From: Laetmonice hystrix | Lineage: Eukaryota | Assembly: GCA_965235115.1 (NCBI GenBank) | Contig: OZ249436.1 | Coordinates: 5,830,001-5,894,000, forward strand | Direction: 5' to 3' | DNA: 64,000 bases | Shown: piece by piece, positions 1 to 11,787 of the stretch | Numbering within the stretch: the first letter of the stretch is position 1 | Layout: each line of letters opens with the position of its first letter | Position numbers and translations under genes: made by a program | Notes under the pieces: model-generated | The model's input: the letters and a program-made list of their open reading frames with translations, nothing else | Told to the model about the DNA's origin: nothing | Databases searched by the model: none

Positions 1-50
1 AATTTTCCGACGCCAGAAATAGCAACGTCCTTCTACGTTATCATCCCCAA

Positions 51-553
51 CCCGTGGGGCCGTATACGGGAGGTTTCTTCACCAAGTTGAACCTGTTCAA
101 TCCGTGAGGCCGTATACGGGAGGTTTCTTCACCAAGTTGAACCTGTTCAATCCGTAAAGCCGTATACGGGAGGTTTCTTCACCAAGTTGAACCTGTTCAA
201 TCCGTGAGGCCGTATACGGGAGGTTTCTTCACCAAGTTGAACCTGTTCATCCCCAATCCATGAGGCCGTATACGGGAGGTTTCTTCACCAAGTTGAACCT
301 GTTCAATCCGTGAGGCCGTATACGGGAGGTTTCTTCACCAAGTTGAACCTGTTCAATCCGTGAGGCCGTATACGGGAGGTTTCTTCACCAAGTTGAACCT
401 GTTCAATCCGTGAGGCCGTATACGGGAGGTTTCTTCACCAAGTTGAACCTGTTAAACCCGTGAGGCCGTATACGGGAGGTTTCTTCACCAAGTTGAACCT
501 GTTCAATCCGTGAGGCCGTATACGGGAGGTTTCTTCACCAAGTTGAGCCTGTT
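51..553. repeat. Minisatellite, 50-bp unit, ~10 copies
   Basis: Unit CCGTGAGGCCGTATACGGGAGGTTTCTTCACCAAGTTGAACCTGTTCAAT recurs every 50 bp, with one longer unit near 250-260; no unique spacers. Confidence 0.97.
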
Positions 554-715
554 GCACCCAAAACGTATTCTCATCATATTAAAGCAGCTAAACTCACAGC
601 TAAACTTACAATTACCCACTCTCACCAGCTGGTTTTACAATTCACCTCTCGCATGTTAGACATCCAGTAATTTTATATGACATGTAGATTCTTGTAGATC
701 CACTTCCAGGTCAAC

Positions 716-1161
716 TTAAAGCAATCAACGAGTATCTCGCATTTCAATGACTCCAAAATGCAGACATGGGCTGTTAGGTTAGATAAGGCCTTAGACTACA
801 TAAATCAATAGATGTATACCCAGAGAAATGGAGAAATCTGATGAAAGTCAACATTCCAGATGTCTGTTGTCGCCATGAAGCGATCGTCTCATGGCTGGTT
901 GTTGACCTGGCATTGACTTGAACAGGCAGTGAACTTTATCGGTTCATCGCCCGACGAATTTCATTGGCTGTTCAAGTCAATGCCAGGTCAACAACCAGCC
1001 ATGAGATGTTCGTTTCATGGCGACAACAGGCATCTGGAATATTAACTTTTTTGGTTAAACATTGATTTATGTAGTCTAAGGCCTTATCTAACATAACAGC
1101 CCATGTCTGCATTTTAGAGTACATTGTAATTGAAATGAAAGATACTCGCTGATTGCTTTAA
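716..1161. mobile_element. Foldback MITE flanked by TTAA (Kolobok-like non-autonomous DNA transposon)
   Basis: TTAA|AGCAATCAACGAGTATCT...AGATACTCGCTGATTGCT|TTAA. The two arms (~200 bp) are near reverse complements around a short centre at ~935-960. TTAA duplication with AG...CT (RR...YY) termini fits Kolobok; the family is inferred. Confidence 0.85.
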
Positions 1162-1354
1162 GTACCAACTGCAATCGAAACCGCTTTTTATTGCTTAGAG
1201 TTTACAATGTTGTGTGAATATTTAATTGGGCATCATTTTCTCAATCATTGTACAGCACGATACCATTACATGTGTTGTAATTAACTTTCCTTATATTTAC
1301 TGGCGCCTTGGGTTGGAACGTGGTGTTCAATACGTAACCTTTGATTTGTTATAG

Positions 1355-1383
1355 GTGACCTTAGCCACCTTTATCACCAGATG
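1355..1383 (+). other. Candidate 29-nt micro-exon ending in ATG
   Basis: CCTTTGATTTGTTATAG acceptor, then GTGACC...CCAGATG, then a perfect GTAAGT donor. Splice motifs only. Confidence 0.2.
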
Positions 1384-2942
1384 GTAAGTACTGTGGTTCA
1401 TTTATCTCGTAATTAAATTATCGTTAAGCTTGATTCTTTTATTGTTAACCTCTATAAGGCTTGCAAAGTTGCCTCCTTAGTTCGGCCAAGTAGGTGGATT
1501 TTTCAGGACCCACATCTACAATAATTTATTTCGGGGACATGGTAATCTGAATAATATATAGAAAGGTACAGAGGTATGGGACATCATAATCTTACTTTCT
1601 CTAGAAACCTTCATACTTTACCAACGTGGTATTGATTCACGTCTCCAGAGATCCTATATATCCACCTCCTTGACTTCTCAAATACAACAGCAAAAACTGA
1701 ACAACAAAAAAACACGATATAATAAATAATCATTTTTCTCGTAAGTGTTACGGTCATTGTTTATATTTCTGGTCGCAGCAAACATTGACGCAGCATGAAT
1801 TTGATGTTGATTGAGAGGGAAGTGACAGCAAGTCGTTAAACACCCCGGCAAGTCATGGCCGGCCGAGATTAGTACCATGTACCGTGCTGGTACAACGTCA
1901 AATGGCCCGTGTAGCTCGTAGTCTAATGGACTAATAAAGACGGCGTGGTGTATGTATGAAGCAGGAATGATGCATGATCAGTCAGGTAGTGATGGATAGA
2001 CTAGGCGAGCCTTGGGGCTCTGACATGATCTGTGGACAGCCGCCGCCGTGGGTGTGCGGCCCTCTCAAACTTCACGAGGCCAGTCTAGATGTTAGACACG
2101 CATGACCCATTGTCATTGCATACACCATTAGATGCTCATTAGATGTCAACTCCGTTACGATTGCTGGCAAATGAATACCTAGTAAAAGTTAGAATGTGGG
2201 AATTTAAATGGCCCCTTCTTTATGATACGACCGGTCTCGCCATGATTTATTGCATTCTCTGGCTCTAGTTTGCAGCTTGGCTAATTTAGTTCAGGTCAAA
2301 TAGCTGCTTTATAAAGAGCAACCCTTATTTGTTGTCTCTATTATGTAAGCGAATGAAAAAATATAATGGGGTCCCTCCAGCATGTGGTGGCCTGCCAAGT
2401 AACTGATGTGTTTTCTTTCTCTCTCTGCGGTACGATCTGAAAATGTTACGGACAGGTCACAAGTTACACACTGAGATGCAAAGAGCAGCTCCTTTATGCA
2501 AATATAGGTGAATCGCCATCATAAGGATTGCCTGAGGGGGCCTGCTGCATGGTGAATGTTCACATGACAGTGATAAATGCTCCCCATGTCAGTGCTGACA
2601 GATGGCCAGTTACCGTGACAGGCAGTAAGTCTAGCACCGGCCCCGGCTTGCAAATCGGCTTCCAAACCGTTGGGAGTTTCGGACAAGGGTCCGTTCCCCA
2701 GTACTAACTGCTGGTAAATGGATTTAATGCAGGTTTTTGCCCAGTGAAGTTATCAACTTATGCTTTCCATGATGTCCAGTATAAGTGGTATATGTCGTGG
2801 AGACAGTGGAGCAATGTTATAACCACTACCAAAGTCAATAGCTACAGACCATCTTATGTTCATTTAACAGTTCGAGAGCCGTGTGTGGGCCCAGTTCAGC
2901 AGCGCTCGCTGTTGCATCCAAATTTGACAAATAAATGTTAGA

Positions 2943-3595
2943 CGGTAAACGCTAGACACCGGACAAGTAGACACCCGGACATTTAGACACCCAGACAATA
3001 GAACACCCGGTCAATTAGACATCTTAAAAACGAATGATGGACGAGGGTGATTCCTTGAGAAAATAAACATAAATAAATAAATATGTTATATAAATAATTA
3101 TGTTTGGAGTCAAGTTAACCATCCTAATCGTATTTATTATTAAACACCACCTCAGGATGACAATAGCCGACGACCGTTTGTTTGTATACTTGTATAGGCG
3201 ATAGACTTCATACGACGATTGCCATGTGAATACACTGAAGTTGTTGCCTGTTATTTCTATCATATGATTGAATTTTTGAATGGACGTAAAATTGGAACTA
3301 TACTACTATATTTCGTGATTACTTAAAGGGAAACTACTCAGCCTAAAATATGATGATATGTACTTAATATCACTTCATACAGTTATTGCCATTAAATCAA
3401 ATTTATTGTTTTACCAATTTATTGCTTTCATCATGAATATAACAAATAGTCCCGTCAAAAACACACGACGGCGGCAGCTACGCAACATTCCAATTTTTTT
3501 AATTCTATCAAAAAGGACCGTCATCATTTCAGTATTTCCAGTGTGTGTCCAGTGTCTTATTGTCCGGTGTCTAATTGTCTAAAATGATTTTGCCG
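2943..3595. mobile_element. Degenerate non-autonomous DNA transposon with inverted subterminal ~15-bp repeats
   Basis: Left end CGGTAA followed by ~5 GGACAANTAGACACC-like repeats; right end has the inverted GGTGTCTAATTGTC-like repeats and ends in TTGCCG. No clear TSD. Confidence 0.6.
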
Positions 3596-3751
3596 TGTCA
3601 TTGAACAATACTCTGGTGCCGAATTTGACAAATTTGATTCAGTTCTCGTAAACTGTGGAGAAATGATAATGTTACCAAGTAACCAGGACTAAGTACAGTA
3701 TTGACGGGTGTGCCAAGTAAATGATGGTCTTGCTCGGACGGTAACCAGTTC

Positions 3752-3989
3752 TACAGTGATCTGTAAAAACCTAGCAAGTCCACTTCGCCTCATTTTGAGA
3801 AAACTGGGACAAATGAACCGTTCCTCCCATTGAGGTGCATGCAAACGCTAGGGTTTTCCAGGTCAATAACTATGATTTCTAATCACTTGTATAGGACTAT
3901 ATGATAGGGCAAACCGAATAAGTCCAAAAATGAGACTAACTCAAATTGGACAAAAACTCGACTTACTAGTTTTTTTCCAAATCACTGTA
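3752..3989. mobile_element. Tc1/mariner-type MITE (TA TSD)
   Basis: TA|CAGTGATCTGTAAAAACCTAGCAAGTC ... GACTTACTAGTTTTTTTCCAAATCACTG|TA; imperfect ~28-bp TIR starting CAGTG. Confidence 0.8.
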
Positions 3990-4124
3990 AAGTTGTGCTT
4001 AGACACCCAAAGATAATTGGTCTTGTGGCCGATGGCTACATGAGTACAGACGTTGGGATCCAGTGGTGTGAGGTTTTGGGTTTCGAAGTTTAATGATCTA
4101 AAACACGTGTCTCATGGATCCATA

Positions 4125-4412
4125 CAGAGGCGTAGGACGCTATCTTCAGTTGGGTGGGGGCGGTGGGTAAATCAGTCGGTCAGGATAAGCAAAAACTGGT
4201 GATCAAAACGGGACAGACTAACAGGATAGGACTGTGCGTACCGGGGTACATTATAAGTTCTACTATGTTGGAATAAAGTATGAAGATTTACCCATAATAT
4301 ATTAATCGGCCCAAGAGCTTAATATTATGGGGATCGAAAACATACTCTGCTCCCCCTACTTTTTTTATTAGGGGGGGGGGGTCATGGCTCCCCGGCCCCC
4401 TTTCCCTCTACC
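4125..4412. mobile_element. Degenerate hAT-like MITE remnant
   Basis: Starts CAGAGGCGTAGG with a G-rich segment and ends in a polyG-GTCATGGCTCCCCGGCCCCC segment typical of CAGGGGCGTAG-type MITEs. Right TIR decayed. Confidence 0.35.
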
Positions 4413-5170
4413 ATATCGTATACTACAATGATATTCCTATAGGCCACCGTCTCTCCTGTATTATTAACATTACACATTGATGTAGCAGGAGACATAATGT
4501 TGGGATACAGGAAGGGCTAATTATGCTCTCTTTCTTGTCCTAGTTATATCTCAGAAAAATAGGATGACTGCCAGACTGGGACAAGAAAACATACCTCCGT
4601 ATGCATAATCGCCAGGACCACTCAAGAGGCACTCAATTTTCATTGTGTAGCATGACTCTCAGATTTCACCTGGTGTCGCCAGATAAAGAGCGTTAAAAAA
4701 TACCTTTAATGATGATGCATGGGTCGGGTTATAATTTGATGACTTGGCCATCAATTTGTATTACAAAACTGAGATACGTTGGACAACATGTTGCCTGATA
4801 TTCTTCATGTTAAATGAAGACATGCCATCTGCCAAGTCATTCCCTTTGCTATTTCCATCAATATTCCTGTCCTTTATCATGGTGAATTACAGCAAAGACA
4901 GCATAACTTAATATGATCACTGTCAAGTTGATTGAGGTGCTCCCAGAACAAGGAGAAGACAGATTGGGTTGGGGTCGGAGGTTTATCTACCATCACTTGA
5001 TATTAAGTACGGCAGTCTACGTGATCACATAATAATAGGTATAGAACTTGACTAAAACCTACCACACAGCTGCTAAAATAGACATCAGTTGATAGAAGGA
5101 CCATGTCAACTGTAACTCTTTGATTGGCAATTATGGAGGAGATCATGTGTGTTTATTGATAGAGTCAGAA

Positions 5171-8086
5171 TTTCATTGTAAGTTGAAACCCAAACCATGG
5201 CCCTGTCTGCTCAGGCTGACACCTTTCATTGTCAGTTCAAACCCAACCCATGGCCATGTCTGCTCAGGCTGACACCTTTCATTGTCAGTTCAAACCCAAC
5301 CCATGGCCATCTGTGCTCAGGCTGACACCTTTCATTGTCAGTTCAAACCCAACCCATGGCCATGTGTGCTCAGGCTGACACCTTTCATTGTCAGTTCAAA
5401 CCCAACCCATGGCCCTGTCTGCTCAGGCTGACACCTTTCATTGTCAGTTCAAACTCAACCCACCATGTGTGCTCAGGCTGACACCTTTCATTGTCAGTTC
5501 AAACCCAACCCATGGCCATGTGTGCTCAGGCTGACACCTTTCATTGTCAGTTCAAACCCAACCCACCATGTGTGCTCAGGCTGACACCTTTCATTGTCAG
5601 TTCAAACCCAACCCATGGCCATGTCTGCTCAGGCTGACACCTTTTATTGTCAGTTCAAACCCAACCCACCATGTGTGCTCAGGCTGACACCTTTCATTGT
5701 CAGTTCAAACCCAACCCATGGCCATGTGTGCTCAGGCTGACACCTTTCATTGTCAGTTCAAACCCAACCCACCATGTGTGCTCAGGCTGACACCTTTCAT
5801 TGTCAGTTCAAACCCAACCCATGGCCATGTGTGCTCAGGCTGACACCTTTCATTGTCAGTCCAAACCCAACCCATGGCCATGTGTGCTCAGGCTGACACC
5901 TTTCATTGTCGGTTCAAACCCAACCCATGGCCATGTGTGCTCAGGCTGACACCTTTCATTGTCAGTTCAAACCCAACCCATGGCCATGTGTGCTCAGGCT
6001 GACACCTTTCATTGTCAGTTCCAACCCAACCCATGGCCATGTGTGCTCAGGCTGACACCTTTCATTGTCAGTTCAAACCCAACCCATGGCCATGTCTGCT
6101 CAGGCTGACACCTTTCATTGTCAGTTCAAACCCAACCCATGGCCATGTCTGCTCAGGCTGACACCTTTCATTGTCAGTTCAAACCCAACCCACCATGTGT
6201 GCTCAGGCTGACACCTTTCATTGTCAGTTCAAACCCAACCCATGGCCATGTCTGCTCAGGCTGACACCTTTCATTGTCAGTTCAAACCCAACCCACCATG
6301 TGTGCTCAGGCTGACACCTTTCATTGTCAGTTCAAACCCAACCCATGGCCATGTCTGCTCAGGCTGACACCTTTCATTGTCAGTTCAAACCCAACCCACC
6401 ATGTGTGCTCAGGCTGACACCTTTCATTGTCAGTTCAAACCCAACCCATGGCCATGTGTGCTCAGGCTGACACCTTTCATTGTCAGTTCAAACCCAACCC
6501 ATGGCCATGTCTGCTCAGGCTGACACCTTTCATTGTCAGTTCAAACCCAACCCACCATGTGTGCTCACGCGACACCTTTCATTGTCAGTTCAAACCCAAC
6601 CCATGGCCATGTCTGCTCAGGCTGACACCTTTCATTGTCAGTTCAAACCCAACCCATGGCCATGTGTGCTCAGGCTGACACCTTTCATTGTCAGTCCAAA
6701 CCCAACCCATGGCCATGTGTGCTCAGGCTGACACCTTTCATTGTCAGTTCAAACCCAACCCATGGCCATGTCTGCTCAGGCTGACACCTTTCATTGTCAG
6801 TTCAAACCCAAACCATGGCCATGTCTGCTCAGGCTGACACCTTTCATTGTCAGTTCAAACCCAACCCACCATGTGTGCTCACGCGACACCTTTCATTGTC
6901 AGTTCAAACCCAACCCATGGCCATGTCTGCTCAGGCTGACACCTTTCATTGTCAGTTCAAACCCAACCCATGGCCATGTCTGCTCAGGCTGACACCTTTC
7001 ATTGTAAGTTCCAACCCAACCCATGGCCATGTGTGCTCAGGCTGACACCTTTCATTGTCAGTTCAAACCCAACCCACCATGTGTGCTCAGGCTGACACCT
7101 TTCATTGTCAGTTCAAACCCAACCCATGGCCATGTCTGCTCAGGCTGACACCTTTCATTGTCAGTTCAAACCCAACCCATGGCCATGTCTGCTCAGGCTG
7201 ACACCTTTCATTGTGAGTTCCAACCCAACCCATGGCCATGTGTGCTCAGGCTGACACCTTTCATTGTCAGTTCAAACCCAACCCATGGCCATGTCTGCTC
7301 AGGCTGACACCTTTCATTGTCAGTTCAAACCCAACCCACCATGTGTGCTCAGGCTGACACCTTTCATTGTCAGTTCAAACCCAACCCATGGCCATGTGTG
7401 CTCAGGCTGACACCTTTCATTGTCAGTTCAAACCCAACCCATGGCCATGTCTGCTCAGGCTGACACCTTTCATTGTCAGTTCAAACCCAACCCATGGCCA
7501 TGTCTGCTCAGGCTGACACCTTTCATTGTCAGTTCAAACCCAACCCACCATGTGTGCTCAGGCTGACACCTTTCATTGTCAGTTCAAACCCAACCCATGG
7601 CCATGTCTGCTCAGGCTGACACCTTTCATTGTCAGTTCAAACCCAACCCACCATGTGTGCTCAGGCTGACACCGTTCATTGTCAGTTTAAACCCAAACCA
7701 TGGCCATGTCTGCTCAGGCTGACACCGTTCATTGTCAGTTCAAACCCAACCCACCATGTGTGCTCAGGCTGACACCTTTCATTGTCAGTTCAAACCCAAC
7801 CCACCATGTGTGCTCACGCGACACCTTTCATTGTCAGTTCAAACCCAACCCATGGCCATGTGTGCTCAGGCTGACACCGTTCATTGTCAGTTTAAACCCA
7901 ACACACCATGTGTGCTCAGGCTGACACCGTTCATTGTCAGTTCAAACCCAACCCACCATGTGTGCTCAGGCTGACACCGTTCATTGTCAGTTTAAACCCA
8001 ACCCATGGCCATGTCTGCTCAGGCTGACACCTTTCATTGTCAGTTCAAACCCAACCCACCATGTCTGCTCAGGCTGACACCTTTCA
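5171..8086. repeat. Minisatellite, 53-bp unit with 50-bp variant, ~56 copies
   Basis: Unit GTTCAAACCCAACCCATGGCCATGTGTGCTCAGGCTGACACCTTTCATTGTCA; the variant lacks TGG. Confidence 0.98.
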
Positions 8087-11000
8087 AGTGTTAAGTGTGA
8101 ATGCCTTCTGGCTCCACCCATACTCAATCGTTATGATAAGTCAGCTCTCTGAGGTTTTACTTGTATCTGTATTGGTTTACTCGGGTGTTGGGACTGTGCC
8201 CCCATGTGATGTTAGTCTAGTTCCAGACTATATAAAGTGAGTAAAGTGAGGCAGTTAGAATCAGTTGGTGAACCACTGTCAGTTGCCTGAGTATAACCTG
8301 GAGAAGAGTCTGTGGCAACACTACTTGCTTTACCACTTGCAATAGTAATATTGTACCTGAACTAAAGAAGAATAGTAAACTAACGTGAGCACAGCAACCA
8401 ACTAGTCATTGTCACAAATGTTTTTTGAAGACCAACAAGTCTTTCCGTGACACAATCTCACTTGGCAGGATGTAGAGTACCGAAGGTGACCACAGATTTC
8501 CGTTAAGACTACGCCTTTTCATGCAGTGGTGGTCGTTGTTTTTTTGTGACAATCTGGCTTCCTAGAATATTTGTTACCAGATGCTGCACCTGTGGTACGA
8601 GTACTCACTCATCATAAGGCTGTCTCACAGAAGAACGTACCAGTTGGGTAGACAGTATTTTGCTGGCCAATTTAATTCACCTAAGCTTGCTTCCGAAACT
8701 GAATACATTGAGATTGAGGTTAGATAATGAATCTAAAAAAATACGAGCTGTGGATGGTGGAGTAAATCAATAACTCCCAGATTAAGTTTTCAGTTGCAAA
8801 AGTCGGCATGGTTGATCAGACGTTATGAATTTACAACAAAAAAAGTAATTTCACAATCGTTCACCACGCCACTCTGCATATTAGTGAGAGAAAAGTGGCG
8901 CTTTACTCCGCCAAATGTTTCCGTTATGAGATTTTAAACCTTTAAAAGTATCTTTCAGAAACGATGCAAAATCAAATTATGTTTGGGGGACTGCTTAATA
9001 ATATCATACCATTGTATTTTTTTTCTATTATGAATTATGCAGGCGTCATGACACGTCATCAGACGCAGCGTTATCTGAAGCTTGCACTGTGGACATGGCG
9101 ACCAAACCTGGACTGCTTTATACATTTATCATTAATAAATTGTCACCGCAGCATTCAATTGAGTGCTCTTACTTTCTGCCATGATTTTATCTTCCCCAAA
9201 CTAATCTTGTAAGATTCAGCTGAAATTTGAATGGATCACGACACAGTTTTACTTATGTATTCAATAGATACTAACATCGAAAATCTGTCAGGCTATCGAT
9301 GTTTTCTGGATTGTGTTGAAGTTGTATCGTACGTGCAAACTTGAAATCCTGACCATCACGTCTTGTTGTGGGATTATTGAAGGCAGAATGAAGCAATGTA
9401 CTGCAGGAAATAACTACTAAATTACAAAATGAAATTGATTCCAGGCCACACTAGCGATTGATAGACACGGCCTGTCGTCCGCTTACCGCTGGCTTTCTTA
9501 TTGCGATACTCCAGAAAGACTGTTAAAAGTTAAAACTTTAAATAAACGAGGACCAGTTTGAGGGTAGGTTCCATTCAGGTTTATGCCTTAAATGCAGAGA
9601 CAGGGAGTGTCACCCTTGTGTCGTGACTCTTTCTGAAATGATTTCTCAACTGTGGCTATGGTCTGCTCGCTGTATTCATTAGTCGTAGCCTGGAGGTATG
9701 CATGTTTGGCCCATCGGTATCCCATCCTCACTCGGTGTTCATGATTTATTACCTGTACGGTGGACACAGCAAACACACCTTCCTACCTGAAAAAAAAACA
9801 CCACAAAGATCAGAAGATGTATGACCTCCCAGCTATCCCTGCCTGCCTATGTGACCATTCTGGCAGTTATGTCACAACACTAATTAATATGTCACATTAG
9901 CTTGATATATGATTTACTGCCTTACATTAACCACTTTCCGGCATGATGAGAAAATTGTGAAGCATTTTAGGTTATCAAAAACATGGTTTACTAAAACGGC
10001 TAGAGGCTGATAAAAAGGTATAAATGTAACCATTTCCATTGAAATTATTATCTTGAAGAGCACCAAGTGGTCTGTGTACCGGGTGTACACTGTGTTTATA
10101 TAGGAAAGATTATGATTGATTATTGTAAATTTATTTTTGTTTAACTTTCCATATGATGTAGTTTTTATGATTAAGATACAAGTAATCCCTGTTGCGTGGT
10201 TAATCTCAGAATATTGATACCAATGTGGTATGATTGGGTCGGGAATCAGTATTTAATGTCTTTGGTTTAATGATACTCCGCACTGAGTGACTGGTCTAAC
10301 CGGGTGCCCACCTATGTCTGTATATCTTGGCAGCGTGCCGGACACATCCTGTGAACGTCCAGTCCGTCTATATAGAGTTCGCCTTGTCAGTAGCATAGGA
10401 TCTTTTTTTTAATACTTTTTACTCTTACTTTATAAAAACGGTAATTAAAGTCCGATACCTGGAGAGTAAGCTAAAGGCACCGTTGAAGTTGACCCGGCCG
10501 GTTTGCTATTGGCGGGAGACGAACACAACTGGTCACAAGTTATGATGATCAGAGCGTTCCGTTTCCACCATTAGTTAAATATTGACAGGATGGGGTCCTA
10601 CTCCTGACCACTGCACGTAGCAAGAGTTGGCATTGACCGACAATGTAGGAGCCACCAGGAGTACGGACCTCTGATCACCGGTCCACAGTCATCACTCAGC
10701 GGTCCATCTGGTCCAAGATATCGGATGGTAATGTATCGGGTGGGCCAAACAAAAAACAAAAACAAAAAAAACTCTCTTTTCTTGACTATAACTTATTTTA
10801 ATATATATATTTTACACATGATATCATCTGGTTATTTGGAGCCTGTGGTATAAATTTCAGGTAAATAGGTCAAAACGTCTAAAGTAGTGCAATTTTTAAA
10901 ACTGCTTGTCAAAAATTGCAAGATTGTAGAAGTTATAAGCTCATGTAGACCACATTGTAAGTACCAGTGCCAGTACCCACTGGTCAGATAATATATAATT

Positions 11001-11274
11001 TCTGTATTCAATGATGTTAGTAGGTACATGTATATGATCCAAGATATGTATCGGGACTGTAATGTCTGGTTTGTCGCACTGTGACCACCAGTAATTTTGA
11101 CACTGAATAGCTGTCGTAGGAAGCCTTAGAATACAAATGTATGTTGTAATGCTTTGTTGGTCAAAAGGATTTTTTTCTGTATCTTTACATGGGAAAAATG
11201 ACTATGTCAAATATTCACATATGTATGAACCAAATGTACGTGGTCTGTTGAACATTGAATGATTTATTTCTCAG

Positions 11275-11505
11275 TAGGACGTTGACCGTTTGAACTTAAC
11301 CCCAGTAAATTTCCAAAGTAATTTTAATTTCAGTTAAAATACTTAATTTGTAAAAAGTAAGATAGAGATATGTGAATGTTCAACTATTTCTTTTTACCCT
11401 TAAGCCACATTCGGTGAAAAAGTTTAGAATAAAAAGTACCTAAATAAGAACAGTAATGTTACGTCATTTAGTTTCCCCAGGCTTTTGAAGGCGTTGAACG
11501 TCCTA
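11275..11505. mobile_element. Degenerate inverted-repeat (MITE-like) element
   Basis: TAGGACGTTGACCGTTTGAA at the left versus TTGAAGGCGTTGAACGTCCTA at the right; weaker inner arm similarity. Confidence 0.45.
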
Positions 11506-11594
11506 ATGCAGACCATAGGTAGTTCATCTACTGAATGTGGCCCACAGATACGTAAACCGGAATAATGTTTTTAGTGTCTTTATTTTTCCTGCAG

Positions 11595-11642
11595 CGTCAG
11601 TGAACAATTGTAGTGCCCTTGGGCAATTCACAAATTGCAAAG
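11595..11642 (+). other. Candidate 48-nt symmetric (phase 1) micro-exon
   Basis: Strong acceptor TCTTTATTTTTCCTGCAG and donor AAG|GTAAAA; only the phase-1 frame is open (SVNNCSALGQFTNCK). No homology recognised. Confidence 0.25.
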
Positions 11643-11739
11643 GTAAAAAGATCTTGTTATAATACAATGAGAACTTTGACTGTAAAGGAACCTGTCATTC
11701 CGTAATGGGACCGTTACAGTTTGTGATATGGTTCTCTAG

Positions 11740-11787
11740 AGTCAAGTCAAATAGATCAAGTATACAAAATGGTAAATTTGGACAACG
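11740..11787 (+). other. Second candidate 48-nt micro-exon
   Basis: Weak acceptor GGTTCTCTAG and perfect donor ACG|GTAAGT; the phase-1 frame is open (SSQIDQVYKMVNLDN). Confidence 0.15.

Noticed and set aside
6427..8240. Short ORFs in the 53-bp array
   Set aside because: They arise only where variants remove the recurrent TGA.
9927..10203. TTAACCAC...GTGGTTAA as a piggyBac-like MITE
   Set aside because: The inverted match is only ~8 bp including TTAA, too short to support.
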